NCBI GenBank assembly: GCA_035252175.1
Contig: DATFDI010000052.1
Coordinates: 5,193 to 69,192, forward strand
DNA: 64,000 bases
Source of the DNA: Nitrososphaeraceae archaeon
Lineage (GTDB): Archaea; Thermoproteota; Nitrososphaeria; Nitrososphaerales; Nitrososphaeraceae
Direction of reading: 5' to 3'
Both the position numbers and the translations under genes were made by a program. This document shows positions 50,170-60,468 of the stretch, piece after piece; position 1 is the stretch's first letter; the number at the start of each line of letters is the position of its first letter. The notes under the pieces were generated by a model. That model saw only the letters and a program-made list of their open reading frames with translations. It made no database searches and was not told the origin of the DNA.

Positions 50170-50708
50170 TTACTTAAGTTCGTTCTTTTCTTTATATTTT
50201 TCTATAGCGTATAAGATCGTCTTCTTAGCTGCTTCTTTATCTTGAAACCCCTTTATCTTGACATGTTTTCCTTCCTCTAATTCCTTATGGTGTTCAATAA
50301 AGTGTTTAAGCTGATTTAATGTATATTCTTCAATGTCACTTAGATTGATGATCTTAGGAAAATCTGGATCATTCTTGAAATTGGAATTGCAATAATTTTG
50401 GAGTCTTGGCCGTCTTGATCTTCGGTTAACAACACCCCAATGGGGGTAGAGTGAATGATGGACATTGGTAATAGCGGATCATTACCAAGTACAAAAACGT
50501 CAATCAGATCTCCGTCTTCTTCAGTCTTAGGAATAAAGCCATAATTGCATGGATAGATCATCGATGTAGACAACATTCTATCTACAAATAATGCGCCACT
50601 GTCACTATCTATCTCATATTTAATTGCACTACCTTTAGGAATTTCTATTACCACAGTAATTTCGTCTGGAGGATTTTTGCCAGGGCTTAATGCATTTAGA
50701 CATATCAT
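50170..50708 (-). pseudogene. ppa: inorganic pyrophosphatase (family I) interrupted by one frameshift
   Basis: ORF 50340..50708 carries 'YPCNYGFIP...[10 protein letters not shown]...[20 protein letters not shown]'. In a shifted frame downstream it continues '[68 protein letters not shown]' to a TAA at 50170. The lesion is consistent with one A missing from an AAA run near 50374..50377. Confidence 0.85.
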
Positions 50709-51208
50709 TATTATCCTTTGGCTTTTTTATCTATTTATAAATGTCATAACACACATATAATACACTTATCGGCGTTCTTCACTCGATTTACTGCCTACGA
50801 TTTTTTTGAACACACTAATGTATATGATGTGTCTTTTTCAGAATACCACGAACTATAAAATGCTGCTACCAGAATACAGGATAATTATTTGTTGATCAAG
50901 CTTATGTTAAGAGAACAGTACTATAATACGTTCCTTCATTAGAGACACAACAATAATGCATCTCGGCATTGTTCTAGATGGTATGGCTTCTTTGCAACTA
51001 AGATTATTAAGAGTGAAAAAATTGATATATTAATATTTGATTTTTGACTTGATTTAAATTTAAATCATTATAATAAACATAGGGAAAGTGGAACAAGCCT
51101 TTAAGAAAAGAGTAGTTTTTGTATTATCTGAGAAAGATTTTGCTAGTCATTATAGCAATAAGTCTGTATACATATATTTAGGCTAAGTATCAATACGTCA
51201 GGCTGGCT

Positions 51209-51685
51209 TTGGCTGATGGCAAAGAACATGATAACGAAAATAACGACATAAATGACGATATTATTAGAGATTATAATTCCATAATAAGAGAAAGCGCTCT
51301 CCTAACTACCGTGTCTGGCTTCTTATTTGGTTTCCTTCTTAACACTTCTATAAATACGCCAAGAGGTTTTGGTCCTCTAGACAGTATAGTTCTAATGATC
51401 TCACTTTTTGCCATTACTCTCGCAGTATCACTCTTTGCAATGCCCGTAGTTTATCATCACTTACAATATCCATACAGAGATCTGGAGAAGTTTAAACTAA
51501 GAAGTCACAGATTCATCAAATTTGGCATAGTGCCTGCTGCTATCACCTTGTATCTGGGTTTAGATCTTGGATTAGATCTGGGTCTGAAACTTGGATTTCC
51601 ATCAATGAATTTCGATTATCTGGGATTTATTATCGCTGTAATACCGTTCGGATTCATTTACATTTTATTTAGAGAAAGAAAATAA
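51209..51685 (+). CDS. membrane protein (3-4 TM) with a GLDLGLDLGLKLG repeat
   Basis: Hydrophobic helices; no family recognised with confidence. Confidence 0.45.
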   Translation: MADGKEHDNENNDINDDIIRDYNSIIRESALLTTVSGFLFGFLLNTSINTPRGFGPLDSIVLMISLFAITLAVSLFAMPVVYHHLQYPYRDLEKFKLRSHRFIKFGIVPAAITLYLGLDLGLDLGLKLGFPSMNFDYLGFIIAVIPFGFIYILFRERK

Positions 51686-51909
51686 TAATAACATCAATTT
51701 CGAAGTAGAGTATAATAAAGATTAAATGCATAACTGTTAGCGATCAACATTCTGATATTGATATCTATTTCTCTACGATTTAAAATCGAATCCAAAAATA
51801 TATGCTTGTAATATCGGAAAATACAGTGATACTGTCTATCTGCATGTCATGCTTTGAAGTGATGTGCAAGCGCAGATCAATTTATAGAATAGCAAATGTC
51901 ATTTTCTGA

Positions 51910-52773
51910 TTATGTAAGAGCCCATATTTGGCTAAAGAAATTCTCCTTGGAATTCGATAGATTATCTTTGCAAAATCCAATAAACTCATTATATCTACGA
52001 GCTCTTTCTGCAATCACATCATCTAAAATATGACGAATTTCTTTAGAGTTTCTACTTCTTCTTAGATAAGTTATCATAATGTCATCGTCATGTATTGATC
52101 CCAGCATCTCTTGTATTTTCTCTAGTTCCGTTATAGTTCTCTCTACTTCCTTGTTGTTCTGATAACTAAGTAACTCCAATAAATAACGCAATTTCTTACA
52201 ATCTTTTCTCATTTCATGTAATTGTATTGTTCTGTCAGCATTTGTAAGTACAATTGGGAAATTAAGCTCTATTTTATCGCTAGACCTAGATATGATTTTG
52301 TTAAATCTTCGATTTAATTTTTCCTTAGAGATGTCTTTATCATATATTTTAGGTGGTTTGATTTTCCTTAGAGATAATGCCGTGTCCCTTCCTTTCCTTA
52401 GCTCTGCGTCTCTTCTCGTTTTTAATAATTCTGTTAGTTCAGTGTATATTGGTTGTGAAGAATAATTTCTGAGTTTTTCATAAATTATGTCATAATCTCT
52501 TATCTTACTATTTATTTTGAATAGTTGTTTGCACAGTTTAAGGTAATTGGATACTTTATTCCTTTTACGTACTTTCTTTGGTAATGATCTAAAGGAAGCA
52601 TCGGCCCTTCTGATGGATGTTCTTATATTGTGTATATTTTCCTCATTTGAGTCTGCTATATAGTCATTAACTCTCTTATCCACTCTTTGAAGGTTTTCTT
52701 GAAGTTTTGTTATAAAAGGTTTAGAAGAAATCGACAAAGAGTTCATTGTTATGTATATGTGTGATGTTATCAT
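51910..52773 (-). CDS. CHAD domain protein (polyphosphate-associated)
   Basis: All-helical. 'IHNIRTSIRRADASFRSL' and 'LHEMRKDCKKLRYLLELL' fit the CHAD conserved basic helices. The start may be the Met at 52746. Confidence 0.75.
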   Translation of the reverse strand: MITSHIYITMNSLSISSKPFITKLQENLQRVDKRVNDYIADSNEENIHNIRTSIRRADASFRSLPKKVRKRNKVSNYLKLCKQLFKINSKIRDYDIIYEKLRNYSSQPIYTELTELLKTRRDAELRKGRDTALSLRKIKPPKIYDKDISKEKLNRRFNKIISRSSDKIELNFPIVLTNADRTIQLHEMRKDCKKLRYLLELLSYQNNKEVERTITELEKIQEMLGSIHDDDIMITYLRRSRNSKEIRHILDDVIAERARRYNEFIGFCKDNLSNSKENFFSQIWALT

Positions 52774-53007
52774 ATGTATGTCTATTGGAGTATTGAGTTA
52801 GGATCATGTATTACTCTTATTCACTTAGTATTATATCTTGAAAGCAAATCAAATGTTCTTAAGTAGAGACCGATATCAAATTAATAGCTGTATATATTAC
52901 CAGAGTACAATTGATCCCAAATCAAAACTCAAAGCAGAAGATATAAATGAATTAAACATTGATTTCTTTGGGAGGAACAAGTGTGATCCACATAAAGCAT
53001 AGAGTGC

Positions 53008-53838
53008 TCAATCAATCGACAATTTCGAAATATCTATTTTGGGCTGCGGATATTTTAACTTCATATTGTCCAATGTTTTGATAAGAATCTGAGCCACTAC
53101 CCAATTACGAAACCATTTTGAATTTGCAGGGACAATGTACCAAGGCGCATAGTCGGTACTACAAACAGCCAAAGCTTTTTCATAGGATACCATGTATTTG
53201 TCCCAATACTTCCTGTTATGGAGATCACTTTCAGATATTTTCCAATGTTTTGTTGGATCATGCAACCTTTTTATGAGTCTCTTTTTCTGTTCGTCCTTGC
53301 TAATATGTAAAAAGAATTTTAGTACCATTATATGGTTATCTGATAAGTATTTCTCAAACTCATTGATTTGTCTAAATCTTGTAGTCAACTCATTTTTCGG
53401 AATCAAATTATGAACCTGAGGTTCAATCACATCTTCATAATGAGACCGATTAAAAACTGCTATTTGACCTTTTGCAGGAATTGCATTATGGACACGCCAA
53501 AGATAATCATGAGAAAGCTCCTCTGTAGTTGGAGCCTTAAATGCCTTTACATAGCAACTTTGAGGATTTAGCGCTCCCATTACATGTCGGATTGTGCCAT
53601 CTTTCCCCGAAGCATCAACTCCTTGAAGTATGATCACAAGAGCATGTCTATTGTCTGCGTAGAGCTTGTACTGCAATTCAGAAAGTTGGCTGGAAAAGGC
53701 TGTCAGCTCCGTCTCTACACTTTCTTTGCTTTTATTTGCGCGATAATCAGCATCCCAATTCCTTAGATTAAGTTTTTTTTTCACTTTTTCTGGCCTTACA
53801 AGAAATTTCCAACTAAACGCCATCGGTAATTTTAGCAA
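53008..53838 (-). CDS. ppk2: polyphosphate kinase 2 (single-domain PPK2)
   Basis: 'ILQGVDASGKDGTIRHV' is the PPK2 Walker A. 'YLWR' ... 'FNRSHYEDV' lid region. Confidence 0.9.
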   Translation of the reverse strand: MLKLPMAFSWKFLVRPEKVKKKLNLRNWDADYRANKSKESVETELTAFSSQLSELQYKLYADNRHALVIILQGVDASGKDGTIRHVMGALNPQSCYVKAFKAPTTEELSHDYLWRVHNAIPAKGQIAVFNRSHYEDVIEPQVHNLIPKNELTTRFRQINEFEKYLSDNHIMVLKFFLHISKDEQKKRLIKRLHDPTKHWKISESDLHNRKYWDKYMVSYEKALAVCSTDYAPWYIVPANSKWFRNWVVAQILIKTLDNMKLKYPQPKIDISKLSID

Positions 53839-53931
53839 TCAATGATTGCTGTATATATTATACTCGGATTTATTTTTAAATAAAAGGATGATGAGCAGAA
53901 GACGTAGAAAGTGTACGTAGAATGGCAAGTT

Positions 53932-54370
53932 ATGGTAAAATTCCTTGATAGAATCCATTACATAATATGTGTTGATGGCTCTCAGCCTGCAACGAAAGCT
54001 CTGGAATATGCAGCAAATCTTGCAACTAAAAATGAATCTCACTTATACATAGTGCATGTAATTAAAGAATTCGGTGAATTGATACAACGATTGGAGCAAC
54101 ACGATAGTTATGTAGAAGAAGTAAAAAGGCTTAGTAAAGACTTACTCCATGAATGTGAATCCAGAGCAAGAGAACTAGGAGTTACAAAATAGATACAATC
54201 GAAGAGTAATGCAATGCAGCAGAAAAGATTTTGCAGATAGCAAAAGATAAAGAAGTAGATACAATAGTTGTTGGAAACAAGAGTTTGAATACTGCCGAGG
54301 AATTATTGGAGGGAAGTGTGTCGCATAAAATAAGTCATCATGCAAGTGTTCAGTAGTTATTGTTAGATAG
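53932..54370 (+). pseudogene. universal stress protein, decayed (at least 3 lesions)
   Basis: The intact N-terminal half is 'HYIICVDGSQPATKALEYAANLA...LYIVHV'. The rest is recoverable only by switching frames: 'KIDTIEE*CNAAEKILQIAKDKEVDTIVVGNKSLNTAEELLEGSVSHKISHHA', then 'KCSVVIVR*'. Confidence 0.75.
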
Positions 54371-54476
54371 AGATGAAGTATGCAAACGATTCTTTGCTGT
54401 TAGGAAAGACTTTTTCTACAAATGGAAGGTACACATAGTTCTTGACATAGAGAGATCTTATGAATCCAGAAACTTC

Positions 54477-54567
54477 ATCATACCATGCTTACGATCCTTA
54501 CCGCGCATTATTGGAAAACAAATCTATCCTTAAGTAAGGATCGTAAGGGTAGTAAGTATGGTATGAT
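54477..54567. repeat. long imperfect inverted repeat
   Basis: The left arm atcataccatgcttacgatccttac (54477..54501) pairs with the right arm gtaaggatcgtaag[ggtagtaagt]atggtatgat (54534..54567). The right arm has a 10-nt segment where the exact complement would have one base. Confidence 0.6.
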
Positions 54568-54643
54568 TAAAAATACCTAAAAACAGCTGAAGTTCTTCTG
54601 TAACCCACAGGGAATTTTGTACTAGTTATAAGTTGACATATTT

Positions 54644-54690
54644 GTTAGTGTAGCCCCATAGCATTGGGCGATGCTACTGGGGTTTCTAAC
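54644..54690. other. GC-rich extended hairpin (possible small structured RNA)
   Basis: GTTAG-tg-TAGCCCCA-TAGCAT-tgggcg-ATGCTA-c-TGGGGTT-t-CTAAC, in an ORF-free region. Confidence 0.3.
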
Positions 54691-55120
54691 AAATGGGAGA
54701 ACAGAGTATCTTTAGTTTTCACTTGAGCAAATAAAGGCTTATCCAATATGAAATATCGATCTCACTATAGAATAACATTATCTAAAGATCACATTTCGGC
54801 AATGTCTATATCCACATTTTGGAATAATATAGCCAAGGCATATTCCCTCATTCCATAGGTAACAAAAATCCTTGTGTTTACAAGGTCACCATGCCAACTA
54901 TGGAGTTATGTATCACCTGAACATTCAGACCAACATTCAAACAGCGGTAGCATCAAGGTCATTGGAGTTTCCCCCAACAATCTTGAAAGAGAACTGCCTT
55001 AATTAGATATCCTCTAAGAGAAAAGGACATCCTATATAGAATACTGATCTGACAATAGAACATGAAGATCTATAATATCATATTCGATAATATCTAAATC
55101 TTCAATTTGTAACAAAAAAG

Positions 55121-55309
55121 ATGACTATGTACTTACAAGCTAAGAGATGTAGTTATGAGGATATTGACTGCCACTTTGTTGTTTGTCAAAAATGCTTTTG
55201 GACGGCAACCATATTTAGTTCAGCTAAAAAGAGTAAGAGCATAAAGATCTGTCCAATTTGCTCAGCCAATAATATATCCGTATATTCTATATTTAGGGAT
55301 GATGCATAG
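55121..55309 (+). CDS. small zinc-ribbon protein
   Basis: 'CHFVVCQKC' ... 'CPIC'. Confidence 0.35.
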   Translation: MTMYLQAKRCSYEDIDCHFVVCQKCFWTATIFSSAKKSKSIKICPICSANNISVYSIFRDDA

Positions 55310-55450
55310 CCATATTCTCTGATACATATAGACATAGAATAATATGATCAACTTCGAAATTAGAAATTCGGGACAACGTCTCTCGATCTACATTATTGAA
55401 TATCCACTCAATAATGCTTGATTACGGATCGCAATCACATGAATAAAAGA

Positions 55451-56545
55451 TCATACTTGACCTGGCGATCTTCTCTGTACTGTGATTACTTCCCCAATGG
55501 TCTGATTCATTGCTGCTTCTGCTATATCGCTTGCATATTCCGCAGTTCTCCTAATGTCTTCCAAAATTAGCTTAATGTTAATATTGCTCATCTTACTGTG
55601 AACAGTATCTTTGTTGTTGTAATTATTAATGAATGAAATTATGTCATTTTCGAGCGAAAGTATACCTTTTGCTTTGTCTACAACATTATCTGCCATAGCA
55701 TAGTCCCTGCGTAGTAATGCCTCTACTGCATCGCTAAGGGCTGCCAATGATAGATTACTCATCTTTTGAATTTTTTCAAAGAGACTTTCTGATATTTGTT
55801 GTTGCTGTCCTTCCTCTCTTATCTTTAAACATTTATCAGCAATTCCAGTTGAATGATCTGCTATTCGTTCTATGCTCTTTACTGCAACACGATAACTCAA
55901 ACAATCAGCAGGATTCTTTAGTCCTATTTCTCGAAGTACTCGTTCATTTTGTGTAGCTATTGCAAGATTTCTCAATATGTAGAGACTGAATCTATCTACC
56001 TCATCATCCGATTTTATTACTCCATTTGCTAATTCGTAGTTTCCTTCACCCAATGCCAAGATGGCATCTCTATGCATAGAAGACGCAATCAAAAACATTC
56101 TTCTGATTGCTGTATTAACTGAGAGTTCTGGAAGCGTAAGCAAGACTTGAATCGTGATTGTTTCTAAAGAATCAGCTATTATCTCTGTCCCAACCAAATT
56201 CTTACGTACGATTTCTCTAACTGCATCTCGCTGAGTAGAACTAATCCTTCCAGACTTTGATTTTAAATGTATAATATTGTATCCTGATAAATATATGGAT
56301 ATTACCTTACGTTGTAGAGAATTTACACTTTCCTTTTCTAATACAATTGCAGTTGCCTCGTTAGTTATACTAGAGTTTCTTTCTGCATTAGGTATTATCA
56401 GTAATGAGTTATTTGCTTCACGGGTAAGATTTACGGGATCCCCTGGTTTTAGGTGCATTTCCTGCATCCATTTTTTAGGTAATGATAAAATGTATGTTGA
56501 TCTACCTGTAAACTGTATTTTACGTACCTCACCATTTCCTGACAT
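55451..56545 (-). CDS. phosphate uptake regulator, AbrB/SpoVT N-domain plus two PhoU repeats
   Basis: 'RKIQFTGRSTYILSLPKKWMQEMHLKPGDPV' followed by PhoU-like helices ('ERIADHS', 'RRTAEYASDIAE'). Confidence 0.85.
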   Translation of the reverse strand: MSGNGEVRKIQFTGRSTYILSLPKKWMQEMHLKPGDPVNLTREANNSLLIIPNAERNSSITNEATAIVLEKESVNSLQRKVISIYLSGYNIIHLKSKSGRISSTQRDAVREIVRKNLVGTEIIADSLETITIQVLLTLPELSVNTAIRRMFLIASSMHRDAILALGEGNYELANGVIKSDDEVDRFSLYILRNLAIATQNERVLREIGLKNPADCLSYRVAVKSIERIADHSTGIADKCLKIREEGQQQQISESLFEKIQKMSNLSLAALSDAVEALLRRDYAMADNVVDKAKGILSLENDIISFINNYNNKDTVHSKMSNINIKLILEDIRRTAEYASDIAEAAMNQTIGEVITVQRRSPGQV

Positions 56546-56636
56546 GTAACTCTGGTTTTTTGGAGGTTTACACTAGGTATTATATATTTTTGAAGTGTGA
56601 TCATATAATTTATATAGTTCTATATAGATCACGTAG

Positions 56637-57314
56637 TTAGCGTCTAGGACTTGAGACGCCAGTTACTATATAATGCACAGAATCACCGATATAACATGCA
56701 TGATCCGAAATACGTTCTAGATAACGTAATATCAATAAAGCTGAGATATAGCAGTGGGGGCTAGTGTTATATTCAGGAGGAAGAGTATTTTGTTGTTGCT
56801 TGTGCGAGGATGATGATACAATTATATCCCGAAGATACTTTCTGTACAATGCATCTACAACATTATCCATCTGGTAGAGTTTTTCAACTGCATTCTTATC
56901 GCGTGACTGTAAAGCTTGTAAGCTAATATCTATCATCTCCATTACGATTTTTGACATTTCAGCTACTGCGGATTTATCACAGTCAGCTATGGAGCCCATC
57001 GTTTCAAGGACGTCTACTATATCATACGAATAACGTCCAAATCTGGAAAATCCATATGAAATCTCCATACATGACTTGATAAATCTAAGATCACTGGCCA
57101 CAGGCTGATAACGCGCAATTAGCTCTACTGCAAGATCAGATACCTCTTCTTGCAATACTCTTAATTTTTCTGACCAATCAAAAATTTGTTTCTTTATCTG
57201 AAGCCCGCTCTGATAGGAGTCTATCGCAGTAAATACAGAATTCTCAGATAATTTAGACATATCCATAATAATGTTACGTATACGGTCAAGGCCAAGATCT
57301 AATAGACGAGTCAT
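56637..57314 (-). CDS. phoU: PhoU phosphate signalling protein
   Basis: Two PhoU repeats ('FGRYSYDI', 'LERISDHACYIGD'). Confidence 0.85.
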   Translation of the reverse strand: MTRLLDLGLDRIRNIIMDMSKLSENSVFTAIDSYQSGLQIKKQIFDWSEKLRVLQEEVSDLAVELIARYQPVASDLRFIKSCMEISYGFSRFGRYSYDIVDVLETMGSIADCDKSAVAEMSKIVMEMIDISLQALQSRDKNAVEKLYQMDNVVDALYRKYLRDIIVSSSSHKQQQNTLPPEYNTSPHCYISALLILRYLERISDHACYIGDSVHYIVTGVSSPRR

Positions 57315-57415
57315 ATAATTGATAACAAACCATTAGAAGAAAAGAATTCTTTTAGGTTAGAATGAGAATTCAATTTTCATTTTCATTTTTATGGAAACTC
57401 ATTCAAATTCAGTGC

Positions 57416-58270
57416 CTATCCAAATTTTCCTGAGATATATCGTTCTGTTAGCTCTTTCTGAGGATTCTTAAATATCTGATCTGTTGGTCCATACTCAATT
57501 AATTCTCCCAGGTACATAAAAGCTGTGAAGTCTGATACTCTTGCAGCCTGTGTCATATTATGCGTAACAGTAATTATAGCCAGCTCCTTTTTCAATTCAT
57601 GTACAAGCTCTTCAATTTTGGAAGATGCTATAGGATCTAGTGCAGAAGTCGGTTCATCCATAAGCAATACCTCAGGCTGCATTGCAAGTGCCCTTGCAAT
57701 GCATAGACGTTGTTGCTGACCCCCTGACAACCCAATTCCTGGTTTATCAAGTTCGTTCTTTACTTCATCCCAAAGCGCAGCACCTTTAAGACTTTCCTCA
57801 ACTATATCATTGATCAATCTCTTATCTTTGATACCATTTAGTTTTAATCCTGCTGCCACGTTATCATAAACACTCATCGTAGGAAATGGGTTTGGTTTTT
57901 GAAAAACCATTCCAACGCGTCTTTTTATAATTACTGGATCAACAGCTTTATCATAAATATCGATATCGTCGATCATTACACGGCCTTTTGCGGTTGCACC
58001 TGGAGTCATCTCATGCATACGATTTAAACAACGGATAAGTGTTGTCTTACCGCATCCTGAGGGTCCTATAATGGCTGTTGCAACATTTGATCTTATATCC
58101 AAATTAATATTTTTTAATACCTGCTTGGTTCCAAACCACGCATCAAGATTCCTAATGGATACTTTATACAATACCTGATCGTCGTAATCCATGTCTTTTT
58201 TTGATGGTTCTACTTTTGGTAAACGATCATGTATAGCTTCATCAATTGTCAAGCCACATATCTTCCTCAT
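57416..58270 (-). CDS. pstB: phosphate ABC transporter ATPase PstB
   Basis: 'GPSGCGKTT', 'LSGGQQQRL', '[11 protein letters not shown]'. Confidence 0.95.
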   Translation of the reverse strand: MRKICGLTIDEAIHDRLPKVEPSKKDMDYDDQVLYKVSIRNLDAWFGTKQVLKNINLDIRSNVATAIIGPSGCGKTTLIRCLNRMHEMTPGATAKGRVMIDDIDIYDKAVDPVIIKRRVGMVFQKPNPFPTMSVYDNVAAGLKLNGIKDKRLINDIVEESLKGAALWDEVKNELDKPGIGLSGGQQQRLCIARALAMQPEVLLMDEPTSALDPIASSKIEELVHELKKELAIITVTHNMTQAARVSDFTAFMYLGELIEYGPTDQIFKNPQKELTERYISGKFG

Positions 58271-58321
58271 TAACTATACATATGCCTTGTCTATATGTAT
58301 GACATAGATCTATATAGATAC

Positions 58322-59257
58322 CTATACATGCAATGTTTTAACTCTAAAGCCTTTACGCTGAACTATCATTCTTAGAACTACGCTTGCGATTAGCACTATA
58401 ATTATTAGTAGCAAAGCTGCACCCCATCCTTGAGAATGAGCTGTGTCGTACGGCTGAGAAGCTAATCTCCATATCCTAAGGGGTAAGGCATCAATTGGTT
58501 TATTAAAGCTTGTAAAGAACAAACTTGTACCCAGAATAGTCATAATTAAAGGTGCAGTTTCACCTGCAATTCTCGATATCGCTAGTACAATGCCTGTGAG
58601 AACTCCACTTTTGGCACTCTTTAGAACCACGAATAATGTTATTTTCCACCGTGAAATTCCAAGTGAGTAGCCAGCCTCACGAATAGAATTTGGTACAACC
58701 TTAAGTGTCTCTTCGGTGATTCTTACCACTATGGGTATCATAATTATCGATAAAGAGAAGGCTCCAGCTAAGACTGAAAAGGAGCCAATTGTGAGTACTA
58801 TTGTTATATATCCAACTATTCCAATTACTACTGAGGGCAAACCCGTAAGAACATCATTAAATAGTCTGACTGCAGATGGAAATAATCCATTACCAGGGGC
58901 AAATTCTGATAGATAAATGCCAGCAAGGATTCCTATAGGAACTCCTATTGCTGATGCTAATCCTACAACAATCAATGTTCCTTGAATTGCAGGAGCAATA
59001 CCTCCGCTATCCTCTAATGTAGCCCCAATTGCACCTGGAGGTTGAGTTAATAATTGTATGCTAATTGCTGAAGCACCATTTTTTATCACTTCTAGTAATA
59101 TGCTTCCCAATGGAATTATGGCAGCTAACACACAAGCTATAGAGAAAATACTTACCAGCTTGTCGATCAATTTGCGCCTATGGGAATACCTCGACATTAT
59201 ATCATGAATTTTCTGCTTATTATTGACAGGATTCTGCTCAGTTGTGTTTTTGTGCAT
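58322..59257 (-). CDS. pstA: phosphate ABC transporter permease PstA
   Basis: Six-TM permease with the EAA-like loop 'REAGYSLGISRWK'. Its position follows pstC. Confidence 0.9.
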   Translation of the reverse strand: MHKNTTEQNPVNNKQKIHDIMSRYSHRRKLIDKLVSIFSIACVLAAIIPLGSILLEVIKNGASAISIQLLTQPPGAIGATLEDSGGIAPAIQGTLIVVGLASAIGVPIGILAGIYLSEFAPGNGLFPSAVRLFNDVLTGLPSVVIGIVGYITIVLTIGSFSVLAGAFSLSIIMIPIVVRITEETLKVVPNSIREAGYSLGISRWKITLFVVLKSAKSGVLTGIVLAISRIAGETAPLIMTILGTSLFFTSFNKPIDALPLRIWRLASQPYDTAHSQGWGAALLLIIIVLIASVVLRMIVQRKGFRVKTLHV

Positions 59258-59261
59258 ATGT

Positions 59262-60284
59262 TTATTCCCTTACTCCTGCACTGACCTTTACCATTCTTGA
59301 TACCAGTAGGCGTGCGCCTATGTTAATCCCAATTGTTAAAATAAGCAAAACTGCTCCAAGTCCAATTAGAGCTGAGAGTTGTAAACTTGACGAAGCTTCA
59401 TTAAATTCGTTAGCAATTAAACTTGCTAACGTTTGACTTTGGGAAAATAGGGACGTTGGAATAGCCGCTGCACCAATTGTATTTCCAATGATCATTGTAA
59501 CTAGTATAGTTTCACCTATTGCTCTGCCCAGCCCAAGAATCGCCGCTCCTAGTAATCCTGATTTTGCATAGGGAAAAATAGCAATTCTCACAGTTTCCCA
59601 CCGAGTTGCCCCTAGACTATACGCCGCTTCTCTTTGGGAATTTGGTACTGCTTTTATTATCTCCCGAGAAATTGACGAGACAATAGGTATAATCATTACA
59701 GCAAGAACTATTCCAGCCGTGAAAACATCTAAACCAAACGGTGTTTGGGCAAAGAAAGGAATCGATCCACCAAAGGCGTTATACAAGGGCTGCTCAATTA
59801 AGTCTCTGACCCAAAATCTAAAAACAAACAAAGCCCATAATCCATAAATAATGCTTGGAACTGCAGCTAACAGTTCTACGATAAATGACAGTGGTACACT
59901 AATTTTTGCTGGTGCCATTTCTGACAAGAAAACGGCAATACCAAGGCTTATAGGAACTCCAATTACCATGGCTAAAGCTGAGCTAATTAATGTTCCAACA
60001 ATATATGGCAAAGCTCCAAATGATTCGCGACCCTCTACTGAATTCCAATTAGTACCAGTTATGAAACCAAAAAAGCCTTCTTTTAAAAATATATCTTTGG
60101 ATCCATCACCAACCGAAAAGACTACAAGCACAATCATAAGTAAAGTGTAACATGCAGCAGCAATCACCAGGCCATGAAATATCTTATCTCCTCTTCGTTT
60201 ACCCGTCAGGAAAAACGAAGATAAATTCTTCTTTCTAGCTTGTTTATTGATTTCAGTAATAGTAATAGTCAAAACACCATCCAT
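59262..60284 (-). CDS. pstC: phosphate ABC transporter permease PstC
   Basis: Permease with 'REAAYSLGATRWE'. Its position follows pstS. Confidence 0.9.
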   Translation of the reverse strand: MDGVLTITITEINKQARKKNLSSFFLTGKRRGDKIFHGLVIAAACYTLLMIVLVVFSVGDGSKDIFLKEGFFGFITGTNWNSVEGRESFGALPYIVGTLISSALAMVIGVPISLGIAVFLSEMAPAKISVPLSFIVELLAAVPSIIYGLWALFVFRFWVRDLIEQPLYNAFGGSIPFFAQTPFGLDVFTAGIVLAVMIIPIVSSISREIIKAVPNSQREAAYSLGATRWETVRIAIFPYAKSGLLGAAILGLGRAIGETILVTMIIGNTIGAAAIPTSLFSQSQTLASLIANEFNEASSSLQLSALIGLGAVLLILTIGINIGARLLVSRMVKVSAGVRE

Positions 60285-60468
60285 TCATATTATAAGATGT
60301 ATGAAAGCCAGGTATCTGCATTATGCTTTTTAGCTTTTACATGGTTAATTAAATGATATGTAAAAACAACTAACGTGTGAGCATCATTTGCAGTTAATTT
60401 AATTGATGTCATATTATAGTTGGTTATATTGTCCAAGAGAAAATAAAAAATTTGGTCCTTAGGCAGCA

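Noticed and set aside
50340-50400. Programmed ribosomal frameshift in ppa
   Set aside because: I could recognise no slippery heptamer or downstream stimulatory structure. The lesion looks like a one-base loss in an AAA run.
54727-55010. Degraded IS630/Tc1-like transposase ('..ITLSKDHISAMS..', '..SYVSPEHSDQHSN..')
   Set aside because: The resemblance to DDE and 'YSPELNPIE' motifs is too weak to assert by eye. It is mentioned only as one possibility within the spacer finding.
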